From Vicugna vicugna (taxonomy: Eukaryota), in the NCBI GenBank assembly GCA_013265495.1, contig MU057711.1:372001-436000 (forward strand): 64,000 bases of DNA, written 5' to 3'. The translations under genes were made by a program, and so were the position numbers. Under the pieces are notes generated by a model. The model had not been told where the DNA came from and did not search any database. It saw only the letters and a list, made by a program, of their open reading frames with translations. Positions 1-9,447 of the stretch are shown here, piece by piece (positions within the stretch are counted from its first letter, which is position 1; every line of letters begins with the position of its first letter).

Positions 1-847
1 TGTGGAAAATTTTAGGAGGAACCTCTACATTTAGTTTCCATATTTGCAGATGGAGTAGGAGTGATAGCTTCTTTGGCAAAACTGAATTTAAATAATGGAT
101 TTAAATAATAGAAGGCATTATTCAGCACGAGCTTAATGCAGTCCCCACTCAGACGGAAGATTTAAGCAATGAGATGGAGCACATAAAAGCTTGACAGTTG
201 CCTCATGCAAATTATTATATTAAAAACTTACACAAAAAAATTAAAAATGAAGCCGACCAAAACCTTCAAGGAAAAAGGGCTGAGGGGTTAAGTGGCCTTT
301 TCAGCAGTCAAGAAAGTGATGTCATCCTTTCGTGGGTGTCTGTCTGGTTCCTCCATTTTCAGATTATTTTCAGGATTATCATTCCTGTAGCTGTGAGTTA
401 TCAGAATAACAGCAAATGTGTATATTCGAAGATTTTTCATTGCCTTCACTCATCTTCCCAAACATACCCAGAAGTCATAATGCTGGAATTACAGTGACAC
501 AATCATCCCCATGGAAACAGAGACTGGTGTCATAAACATGGCATTATGACTTCTCAGCGGGAGGAGGCAGATGGGATTTTGGCACTGAATCTGTAACATT
601 TATTTAAAAACACCAATGTTTAAGAGAATAACATCAAAGCGAAAAAAGAAAAAAGAAAAAAGAAAGGGCATGGAGTGGCCCCTGTAATACTCATGGTGTG
701 CTTTTTGTTTTTGTTGTTTTCCAAGGATTTTTTTCCCCTATGGCAGGACCTGATTTTGCTATTCCTTTTCTTTTTTTGTGTTGTGTTTGCACGACATGTT
801 CTCGTCTTATACATCAGCTGTTCATCTTGTTAGGGGCTGCATGTTTA

Positions 848-956
848 GGTGGAGAAAATGAGACCCCAAGAAAGGGTCTGACTTGCTCAAGTTACTTAGC
901 AAGTTAGAAGTTCCGTTGAAGCCAGAGCCCTACTGACTTCCAATCCACACATCTTA
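848..956 (-). mobile_element. MIR SINE fragment
   Basis: gagaaaatgagacc...tgacttgctcaagttac...gccagagcc...tgacttccaa resembles the reverse-strand MIR core. Confidence 0.6.
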
Positions 957-999
957 GTTTCCCTTCAATGTCTCAGGTGTACTTTGAGAATGTAACTTA

Positions 1000-1421
1000 T
1001 GCATCAGTTAGGACATTGCTTTGGCTGGTCTAATGAGATTCCCCCCTCCAAAAACAGTTTTTAAATGAGAGAAGTTTTTGTCTCTCTCAAAGCAGTCTAG
1101 GGTGTCAGGGGCCCAGGCTGTTTCTATATTATTTTCCTTCTGTCTCTACTGTGTTACTCTCATCTTCTAGTACAGAACGTCACATATCGTTCCTGCGTTC
1201 CAGACAGAGTAAGGGGAGGGCATTCCCCTACCTTTTAAGAGCACAATCTGAGAACTGCGCTGTCACTTTTATTTACATCCTATTGGCAAGAACCTATCCC
1301 TATGGCCATATCTAGCTTCAAGGGAAGCTGGATAGCCATATGATCAGCTAAAAGTGGGTGAACTATTATTATGGGCGAACTGGAGAATAGACACTAGCAA
1401 CAGCTTGGGGTCTCTGCCATA
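1000..1421 (-). mobile_element. MLT1J-like MaLR solo LTR
   Basis: Ends tgcatcagttagga ... tctctgccata; internal catcctattggcaagaac/ggccatatctagcttcaagggaagctgg motifs; flanks actta/acttg (4/5 TSD). Confidence 0.75.
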
Positions 1422-1624
1422 ACTTGCATCCCTTTTAAGAGAGTATTGCTTTCAGGGGACTGTCAACTAATTTCTTTTCAGCTAATGCAATGGCTAGAGA
1501 CAGATTACAGTATTTATTTCCCCCGAATATTTAAAATTATAATTACTATATTCATTATAGAGATCATTGAATTGACAGAAAGACTGGACATCAGACTGAG
1601 ATCAAGACAAATTAATTGACCATT

Positions 1625-2060
1625 AGAGTATGTACCAAGATTGTAACAGAGACCTTCCAGTTCAGTGGCTGTAAGAAGAAATACATTTTTTTCTTTCTTC
1701 ACCTAACAGTCCAAGATGTGTTGTCCACTGTTGGTGAAGCTTTGTTCTATGCAAATATCAGGGATCCAGACTCATGATAGCACTTCTGTTTTAAACATAT
1801 GGCTTCTAAGGTCCCTCTGCTCACTGCCATTCCAGTCATCAGGGAGAGAGAAAGAACAGTTCAGGGTTGGAGCTTTTTTTTCTTAATACGTAGAGCAGGA
1901 ATTGTTCTGCTCATTCTGTTTCTGAGAGCTTAGTCACTTGGTACCATGGGAGCTGGGAAAGATGGCTGCTAGCTGGGTTGCTTACATCCTATAGTCAACT
2001 TCATTTCTATGGAAGAAGGTCACATGAATATTAGTGGACAGCTAGTGGTTTCCTCTGCTG
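1625..2060 (-). mobile_element. Old MLT1 (I/J/L-like) LTR
   Basis: gtaacagagacc...cagtggctgtaa, cagggatccagactc, cttagtcac, gggagctgggaaag, gtggacagctag...ctctgc motifs. Confidence 0.6.
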
Positions 2061-3268
2061 GATAGCACAGCTAGAATGACTGAGCTCCAATAATTTTTCT
2101 TTCATCCAAGTATCTTTCCAGTAAAAGATGAGAGGGAGGGAAGAGACGAGGAAATGAGGGAGAGATTTTTGATTAGTTAGGCTTAGTCCACGTGTACACC
2201 CATTGGCAGCTGTTGTAGAGACAGGAGGAAGGATGATGGAACCTCTCTGTGTATCTGGATTTACATTCCCACCAAGACTATTCATAGTGGAGTGTTGTCA
2301 GGAGTTTCCTTCAAAGAACCCTTGGTTCTAGAAATATTCCTTCTTATTCCCACTGTGCAGCAGCCCTCTCATTTCCTCTTGACAATTAGAGTCAATCACC
2401 TTAACCAACACAACTGTTTTTTGGTCATTTGTCCAGTGACACAAAGAGTTTAAACTAATCATGTGGAATTTCCAACTTTTATTTTAATGTAAACATTGTT
2501 GAAGCCCTCAGGGAGAAGCCTTTTTCTCTTAAATTCTAAAATCTCTAAATTAACAGAGTCTTAAGGTACAGAGATGGGAAGAAAATTGTGTAAGTCTGCA
2601 CTCTCATCATAGTATATTCCGAGTCTCCAGGAAGTAGCACTGGCTCACAGCTGAAGTCCAGTAATTGCTGAGTGGTCCTACTGTTCTCATGTCCTTAATG
2701 ATCAGTTACACTGGCCTCTAGTCCCATTGGTCATAGCAAGGAAGGAGATTTCCAGTACACATTTGTGTTATTCCAATATTCATACTCACCGTTTCCTGGT
2801 TTCCCCTTTATTCCAGGGGCTCTGGGTCTATGAATTGATTCAGGCCTAGGCTGTGATTCTTTTCATAGTGACTTAAGTAATTCTTGTTTGCCAGACCCAC
2901 AGCATGATTAAAGATACAGAGCAAGCAGGGCCAGAGAGTTGCTCATCTGTTTTGGTCCTAGAGAATCCAGTGATTAATTGACTTCCATCAAATATTATTT
3001 CACATATTTCTAATCATTACCTGGCCTCTGCTGCCTATTAAAGAAATGATGCTCAATCGAATATACACATTTGTTTATTTTCATTGTTTAGTTCAATAAG
3101 CTTTGCATTCCTGGCATAAGAATGTATTTATTTTTGAAACAGATACAGAAGCTATCCTTTGCAGGGAGGAGATTAGATGAGAAAAGTCACCCTTCAAATG
3201 AGATCTTCCTTTTTCAATTAGGATGATGCTATCCAGGAGTGACAGAAGAGAACCAGCAGCACTTAAAC
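2061..3268 (-). mobile_element. Degenerate ERVL/MaLR internal sequence adjoining the LTR
   Basis: 2430-2570 (ccagtgac...aacattgttgaagccctc...aaatctctaaattaacagag) resembles the 3' ERVL internal region as recalled; 3000-3268 is weakly gag-like; directly abuts the MLT LTR. Confidence 0.5.
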
Positions 3269-3269
3269 A

Positions 3270-3322
3270 TAATCACAGTCAAGATCCACAGACATTATTT
3301 GTGGAAACAGACAAACTGATTT
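3270..3322 (+). mobile_element. Ancient L1M ORF2 fragment, left half of the interrupted host
   Basis: aatcacagtcaagatccca...gtggaaacagacaaactgatt; the same ORF2 stretch resumes at 8724 (atgcaaaggac). Confidence 0.7.
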
Positions 3323-3460
3323 AATAGGTAGTGGTAATGGTTGTGTAACATTATATTATAATTAATGACACTGAATTGTGCACTTAAAAATGGTTAAATG
3401 GCAAATTTTGTGCTAAACATATATAATCACGATAAAAAATATTTTTAAAAGTTAAAAAAA
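3323..3460 (+). mobile_element. L1MB/MC-type 3' end
   Basis: gtggtaatggttgtgtaacatt...cactgaattgtgcacttaaaaatggttaaa...aaatttt followed by an A-rich tail. Confidence 0.75.
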
Positions 3461-4549
3461 TCTTATGTTAAATTCTGGTCAAGATGGTGGAGTGGTAGGA
3501 CCACGAGCTTGCCTCTCCTCATGACTACAATGAAACCACAACTGATTGCTAGACAACCATCGAAAAAAAGACTAGAACCTAGCAAAGAAGATCATCTTCA
3601 ACTGGAAACATAAAGAGGGAACCACAGTAGGATGGTAGGAGGGGCGTGCTCGCCATATAATCGGGCCCCATACCTCCCAAGTGGGTGACCCACAAACTGA
3701 AAAATAATTAAGTCACAGAGGCCCTCCCACAGAAGTGAGAGTTCTAAGCCCCACATCAGGCTCCCCAGCCCTGGGCTCTGGCACTGGGAAGAAGAGACCC
3801 CAGGACATATGGTTTTGAAGGCCAGTGGGGCTTAACTCCAGGGGCCCCATGGGACTGGGGGAAACAGAGACTTCATTCTCTTGGGAAGCATACACGGAAC
3901 CTCACATGTGCCAGGTCCAAGGGCAGAGGCAGTGATTTCATAGGAACCTGGGCCAGGCCTGCCTGCTGGTTTTGGAAGGTCTCCTGGGGACGTAGGGGAT
4001 GGTTACGGCTCACCTAGGGGACATGAAAGCTGGTGGTGGACATTCCAGAAGTGTTAATCTACATGAGGTTTCCTGGAGGCTGACGTCTTGATTGGATCAT
4101 TAGCACCAAGACCTAGCCCCACCCAATAGCCTGTAGGGAAGCCTCAGGCCAAACAACATACAGGTGGGAACACAGCCCCACCCAGCAGCAGCCTTCCTAA
4201 GTCACAAAGGCCCCTAGACATGGCCCTACCCATTAGAGGTTCAGGACCAAGCTTCACCCAGCGGTGGGCAGGCACCAGCTCCTTCTGCCAGGAAACTTGC
4301 ATAAGCCTCTAGTCCAGCCTCATCCACCAGAGGCAGATACTAGAAATAAGAAAAAAAATCCCATATCCTGTAGAAGGAATCCACAAACACAGCCCACACT
4401 CTACATTAGACCAGCTGGACCCTGGCCCTTGGGTGACAAGAGATGAGTGTACTGCTGGGATGCATAAGACATCTCCCACAGACGGCCACCTCTCCAAGGT
4501 CAAGATACGTAACTAACCTACCTAAAAATGCAAATAGAAAGATACACAA

Positions 4550-5433
4550 ATGAGGCGGCAGAGGACTATCTCCCAGGCCAAGGTGCAAGATAAAATCCCA
4601 GAAGAGGAAATAAGTGATGAGGAGAAAGGCAATTTATCTGAGAAAGAGTTTAAAGTAATGATGGCAAAGATGTTCAGAGAACTCAAGAGAAGTATAGATG
4701 CACAGAATGACGTTTTCAGCAGAGATGGAAAATGTAAAAAATACCCGAACAGAGTTGAAGAATAAAATCATTGAAATGAATAACACACTGGAAGGTACCA
4801 AGAATAGTCTAAATGAGGCAGAAGAATGGATCAATGAGCTAGAAGACAGATTAGTGGAAATCACTACTGCAGAACAGAAAAAAGACTGATAAGAAATGAG
4901 GGTAGTTTAAGAGAACTCTGGGACAACATGAAGTGCACTAATATTTGTATTATAGGGGTCCCAGAAAGAGAAGAAAGAGAGAAAGAACCTGAGAAAAATT
5001 TTTGGAGAGATAATAACTGAAAAATTCCCCAACTTGGGAAAGGAAACAGTCGCCCAAGTCCATGAAGCACAGAGAGTTCTACACAGGATCAACCCAAAAA
5101 GGAACACACCAAGGCACATAGCCATCAAATTGGCAAGAATTAAAGATAAAGAGAAAGTATTAAAATTAGAAAGAGAAAAGGAACAAATAACATACAAGGG
5201 CGCTCCCATAAGGTTATCAGCTCATTTTTCATCAGAAACTCTACAGACCAGAAGGGAGAGACATGATGTATTTAAAGTGATGAAAGGGGAAAACATAACC
5301 AAGAATACTCTATCCAGCAAGGCTCTCCTTCAGACTTGATGGAGAAATCAAAAGCTTCACAGATAAACAAAAGCTGAAAGATTTCAGCACCAACAAACCA
5401 GCTTTACAACAAATGTTAAAGAACCTTCTCTAG
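4550..5433 (+). pseudogene. L1 ORF1p, frameshifted
   Basis: MRRQRTISQ..EKEFKVMM..; AEEWINELEDRLVEI; QEAQRV-like VHEAQRVLHRINPKRNTPRHIAIKL..YKGAPIRLSAHFSSETLQ. Confidence 0.9.
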
Positions 5434-5497
5434 TCATCAAACCATAAGAAAAGAGAACAAAAGTAGAAAGAGAGAGAGAGAAAAAAAAGACCTACAG

Positions 5498-5800
5498 AAG
5501 ATTGCTTTGGCAGTTTGGGGTCTTTTATGGTTTACATAAATTTTGGAATTGTTTGTTCTAGTTCTGTGAAAAATGCTGTGAGTATTTTGATACGGGTTGC
5601 ATTGGATCTGTGGATTGCTTTGAGTAGTACAGCCATTTTGATAGTGTTGATTCTTCTAATCCAAGAGCACAAGATATCTTTCCATTTCTTTGTATTATCT
5701 TCCATTTCCTTCATCAGTGTTTTATAGTTTTCAGAGTATAGGTAACCTCTTTGGTTAAGTTTATTTCTAGGTATTTTGTTCGTTTTGATGCAATGGAAAT
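5498..5800 (-). mobile_element. Inverted L1 ORF2 fragment (post-RT region)
   Basis: LYSENYKTLMKEMEDNTKKWKDILCSWIRRINTIKMAVLLKAIHR..FFTELEQTIPKF. Confidence 0.85.
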
Positions 5801-5858
5801 GTTTACACCAGTTATAAAATTCTAGTTTTGAAGTGGGAAAAAAAAAGGGAATGAAGGG

Positions 5859-6036
5859 CTGCAAATAGCAAAATAGCCTTCTTTCTTATGGGTGAGTTGC
5901 ATTCCATTACATATATATATGCTTCATCTTCTTTATCCATTCATCTATTGATGTGCACTTAGGATGCTTCTGTATCTTGGCAATTATAGATAATGCTACT
6001 TTTAATAGCTAGGTATATGTATCTTTTTGAATTAAT
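5859..6036 (-). mobile_element. Inverted L1 ORF2 C-terminal fragment
   Basis: gctgcaaat...cattccatt...catcttctttatccattcatctattgatg..cacttagg. Confidence 0.8.
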
Positions 6037-6082
6037 TCTTATTCTATGGTTAGCTTTATTCCTTTGATAACTATGTAAGTTT

Positions 6083-6099
6083 AAAAAGCTAAAGCTCTA
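6083..6099 (+). repeat. Left TSD of the NSUN6-L1 chimeric insertion
   Basis: aaaaagctaaagctcta, identical to 8544-8560; preceded by tt (L1 endonuclease TT/AAAA site). Confidence 0.95.
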
Positions 6100-6229
6100 G
6101 GGCTTTCTGCTGTGAAAGAGGGAGCGACTGTTTGGAAGTATGGCCTTCAGGCTGAGGTTGACTGAATTGATACCAGTGTGGTTTCCAGTACACGACAGAT
6201 CGCTTCTCATTCATTTTTTTCTCTGCAAC

Positions 6230-6462
6230 GTTTTATCTGCTTTAGGTAAACAAGAAGCGGAAATGAAGTTTGAAACTCTAAGTTGCTTGTCACACCCTCC
6301 ATCATTCACAGCTGTCAAAGTAAATACCCATTTAGCCTCAGTACAGTGTGTGAAAAATCTGTTATTTGATGAACTTCAGAAGCAGTTTAATGGATTAAGT
6401 TTTCCTGTTCTTCAACGTTCAGAGCTTCAGGATGTCTTACTTATTCCTGTCATTGGACCTAG
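6230..6462 (+). pseudogene. NSUN6: Processed partial retrocopy of NSUN6 (tRNA/mRNA m5C methyltransferase), approximately residues 26-103
   Basis: VLSALGKQEAEMKFETL-SCLSHPPSFTAVKVNTHLASVQCVKNLLFDELQKQFNGLSFPVLQRSELQDVLLIPVIGP vs recalled human IVTALGKQEAERKFETLLKHLSHPPSFTTVRVNTHLASVQHVKNLLLDELQKQFNGLSVPILQHPDLQDVLLIPVIGP; contiguous and intronless; no catalytic or PUA domain. Confidence 0.92.
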
Positions 6463-6932
6463 TTTTAAACTAGTTAGTTATGAGAACACTTCCCAGTGGA
6501 CATCTCCTGTGGAGGTACACTCAGCAACTCTTCTTCCCAGCTGAAGTACTCCAACCCTGCCTACCACACACCACAGCTCAGAAATGGGTCTAGAAGCCTC
6601 TTTTCTGACAACAAGGGAGCAGATCTGGCACCTGTCAGGGCTGTGACAACCACAGAACAAAAAAGAAGGCCCCACTCAACAACAACAATCACGGCAGGCT
6701 CTGATCACACCACCAGCCACACCCCCAATCAAAAGGATAACAGCCCACACAGGGAAGAAAGACATGGCAACCATCCATTCTAAGAACAGCCACTGCAACA
6801 AAGCTATTAGATGAACAGTCTACGCAAGAAAGGTCCCACTTTAAATAAAAACAAACAAACAAAAACCAGTCCTTCAAGACCACAGTAGATTACTGATACT
6901 CCTAAATCATAGAGCTGAGAAATATAAGTGAA

Positions 6933-7819
6933 ATGAAGATGCAGAGCAACCACTCCCAATTAAAGGAACAAGAGCAATCCTCTGGAAGAACGAACAATGA
7001 GATTGACCTCTACAATCTACTAGATCATGACTTCAAAAGAGAGATAAGAAGACTACTGAAGGAAATAATAGAGACTGTAAACAGCATCAGAGAATACTTT
7101 AAAAAGGAAATAGAAACTATAAAGAGGAGCCAGTTAAAAATGAAAAAACTTAATGGCTGAGACGATAGCCAAACTAAAGGCAGTCAAAAGGAGACCAGAT
7201 AATGCAGAGGAAAGAATAAGTAATTTAGAAGACAGGATAACAGAAGTCACCCAATCACAACAGCAGACAGAAAAGCAAGTAAAAACAATGAAGCAATATG
7301 AGGGACCTATGGGATAATATAAAGTGTGCCAACCTATGCATAATAGGAGTCCCAGAAGGAGAAGAAAGAGAAAAAGGAAATGAAAAGATATTTGAAGAAA
7401 TCATGACTGAAAACTTTCCAAGCTTAAAGAAGGAAATAGATATCCAAGCACAGGAAGCACAGAGGGTCCCAAACAAGAGGAACCCTTATAGACCTACACC
7501 AAGACATATTATAATTAAGATGGCCAAAGTTAAAGATAAAGAAATGATTCTAAAGGCAGCAAGAGAAAAACAGAGTTAGCTACAGGGGAACCCTCATAAG
7601 GCTCTCAGCTGATTTCTCTACGCAAACACTGCAGGCCAGAAGAAATTGGCAAGATATACTCAAAGTCTTGAATGAGAAAAACTGCAACCTAGGATACTCT
7701 ATCCAGCAAGACTATCCTTTAGAGTAGAAGGAGCGATAAAGAATTCCACAGAAGCAAAAACTGAAAGAATTCAGCAATGCTAAACCTATGCTAAAGAAGT
7801 GTTGAAAGGTCCACTCTAA
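6933..7819 (+). pseudogene. L1 ORF1p within the chimera, several frameshifts
   Basis: MKMQSNHSQLKEQEQS..; MRDLWDNIKCANLCIIGVPEGEEREKG..EEIMTENFPSLKKEIDIQAQEAQRVPNKRNPYRPTPRHIIIKM; ends ttgaaaggtccactctaa. Confidence 0.9.
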
Positions 7820-8543
7820 ATAGAAAAGAGGCAGGAAGACATAGAAATGAGAAAAGTGTAATTGGAAATGTGATAACTACAATGAGTTCCAAGAGAATAA
7901 ACATGAAGATGTAAAAAAAAAAAAAAAAAGACATCAAAATCCTAAACGGTGGTAAAGGGGAACAAGAAAATATAGATTGTTTTTCCTCTCACTTTTTTTT
8001 CTTTTTTCTCCTTTTTTTTTTTCCAGAATGTGTTTGAGCCTACATGACTACCAGTCTAAAGCAAACAGATATAGTAAGGGGCTAATATACTTGAAAAACA
8101 AGGTAACCACAAATCAAAAGCATATAACAGAGTCACAAAAGCCAAAAAGAAACCAAGCTAATACAAAAGAAATTTATCAAACCAGTAAAATACCATATGA
8201 TATCATTTAAATATGGAATCTAAAAAAAAAAAAGACAAACATTTACAAAACAGAAACAGACTCACAGACATAGAGAACAAACTTATGGTTACTAGGGGTG
8301 GGGAAGGAGGTGGGAAGGAATAAATTGGGAGTTTGAGATTTGTAGATACTAATTAATATATATATAATAGATAAACAACAAGTTCATACTGTTTAGCACA
8401 GGGAACTATATTCAATATCTTGTAGTAACCTGTGGAGAAAAAGAATATGAAAACAAATCTATGTAATTCATGTATGACTGAGCATTGTGCTGTACACCAG
8501 AAATTGATGCAACATTGTAAACTGACTATATTTCAATAATAAA

Positions 8544-8560
8544 AAAAAGCTAAAGCTCTA
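8544..8560 (+). repeat. Right TSD of the NSUN6-L1 chimeric insertion
   Basis: aaaaagctaaagctcta, identical to 6083-6099. Confidence 0.95.
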
Positions 8561-8723
8561 AACATTCTTAGAAACAATGAACAGTACATATATGTAAATT
8601 TAAAAAATATGTGCAGTATATTGTGTATATGTATTTGCATGCAATATATTGTATATGTGCAGTCAAATTGTAACAATTCTATCTAATAAAACTGAAAAAT
8701 GGGAGAAAAAAGCTTATGTCAAA

Positions 8724-9447
8724 ATGCAAAGGACTTAAAATAACAAAAATTGTTCTGAAGGAAAAGAACAAAGGGAAAGGATTTAATTACTTGAATTCTA
8801 GACTTACTATAAAGGTTCAGGAATCAAAATGGTGTGGTACTGACCTGTAAAGAATAGTGTAACAGAACAGAGTCCAGACAGACCCACATATATACGGCCA
8901 TTTAATTTCCCACAAATTGTGCTGGAGGAACTGGATATCCTTATAGGGTAATGAAGACCCTTGAATTTTACTTCACACCATACGCAAATACAAAAAATGG
9001 ATTATAACACAAAATGGATTATATACCTAAATGTAAAACCTACAATAATAAAACTTCTGGAAGAAAACCTGCAAGGAAATCTTAGCTACTTTGGGAAAAT
9101 TTCTTAAATATGACATAAAAACAATATAAAATCATAAATTCAAATTCATCATAATTAAAACCATTCACTCTTCAAAATGTGACAATGAGTGTGTATATGT
9201 CCACGAATGACTGAAAAATTGTGCTGAACGCTGGAATTTGACACAACATTGTAAAATGATTATAAATCAATAAAAAATGTTAAAAAAAAAAGATCCTCTT
9301 AAGGAAACTAGAAAGCAAGCCACAGATTGAAAGAAAAATTGGCAATAAAAAATTGAAAAAAAAATAAAAAAGGACACTTATCCAGAAAATTTTAAGAACA
9401 CTTACAACACAATACTAAGATAAACTCATTTTTAAAGTGGGCAAAAT
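8724..9447 (+). mobile_element. Ancient L1M ORF2 3' region, continuation of 3270-3322
   Basis: gacttactataaag...tggtgtggtactg, cttcacaccatac, aaaacttctggaagaaaac, aagcaagccacaga. Confidence 0.8.
9178..9291 (+). mobile_element. Young L1 extreme 3' end (~115 bp)
   Basis: gaatgactgaaaaattgtgctgaac..ggaatttgacacaacattgtaaaatga..tcaataaaaa + poly(A); same 3' type as 42195-43482. Confidence 0.85.

Larger units (their letters stand above)
6100..8543 (+). mobile_element. Chimeric retrotransposed unit: NSUN6 5' exons + partial L1 5'UTR + ORF1 + spacer + L1 3'UTR/poly(A), lacking ORF2
   Basis: Perfect 17-bp TSD, A-tail at ~8535-8548, NSUN6 coding match 6230-6462, L1 ORF1 6933-7819, direct jump from spacer to ORF2 terminus at ~8186. 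Confidence 0.9.
3473..8705 (+). mobile_element. L1 with complete 5' end (5'UTR + ORF1), scrambled ORF2 remnants and a nested insertion
   Basis: 5' end caagatggtggag at ~3480; ORF1 4550-5433; 3' tail ctatctaataaaactgaaaaa; TSD aaaaaatcttatgttaaa (3455-3472) vs aaaaaagcttatgtcaaa (8706-8723). Confidence 0.75.

Noticed and set aside
345..400. Possible micro-exon (ttttcag...gtgagt)
   Set aside because: Splice-like motifs only; no recognisable coding partner or other support.
6140..6544. Functional NSUN6 gene
   Set aside because: Only ~77 codons, intronless, no catalytic domain, embedded in a TSD-flanked L1 unit; treated as a retrocopy.
7977..8210. ORF similar to the 10896-11096 ORF, suggesting a conserved small protein
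   Set aside because: Both are translations of the homologous L1 inter-ORF spacer.
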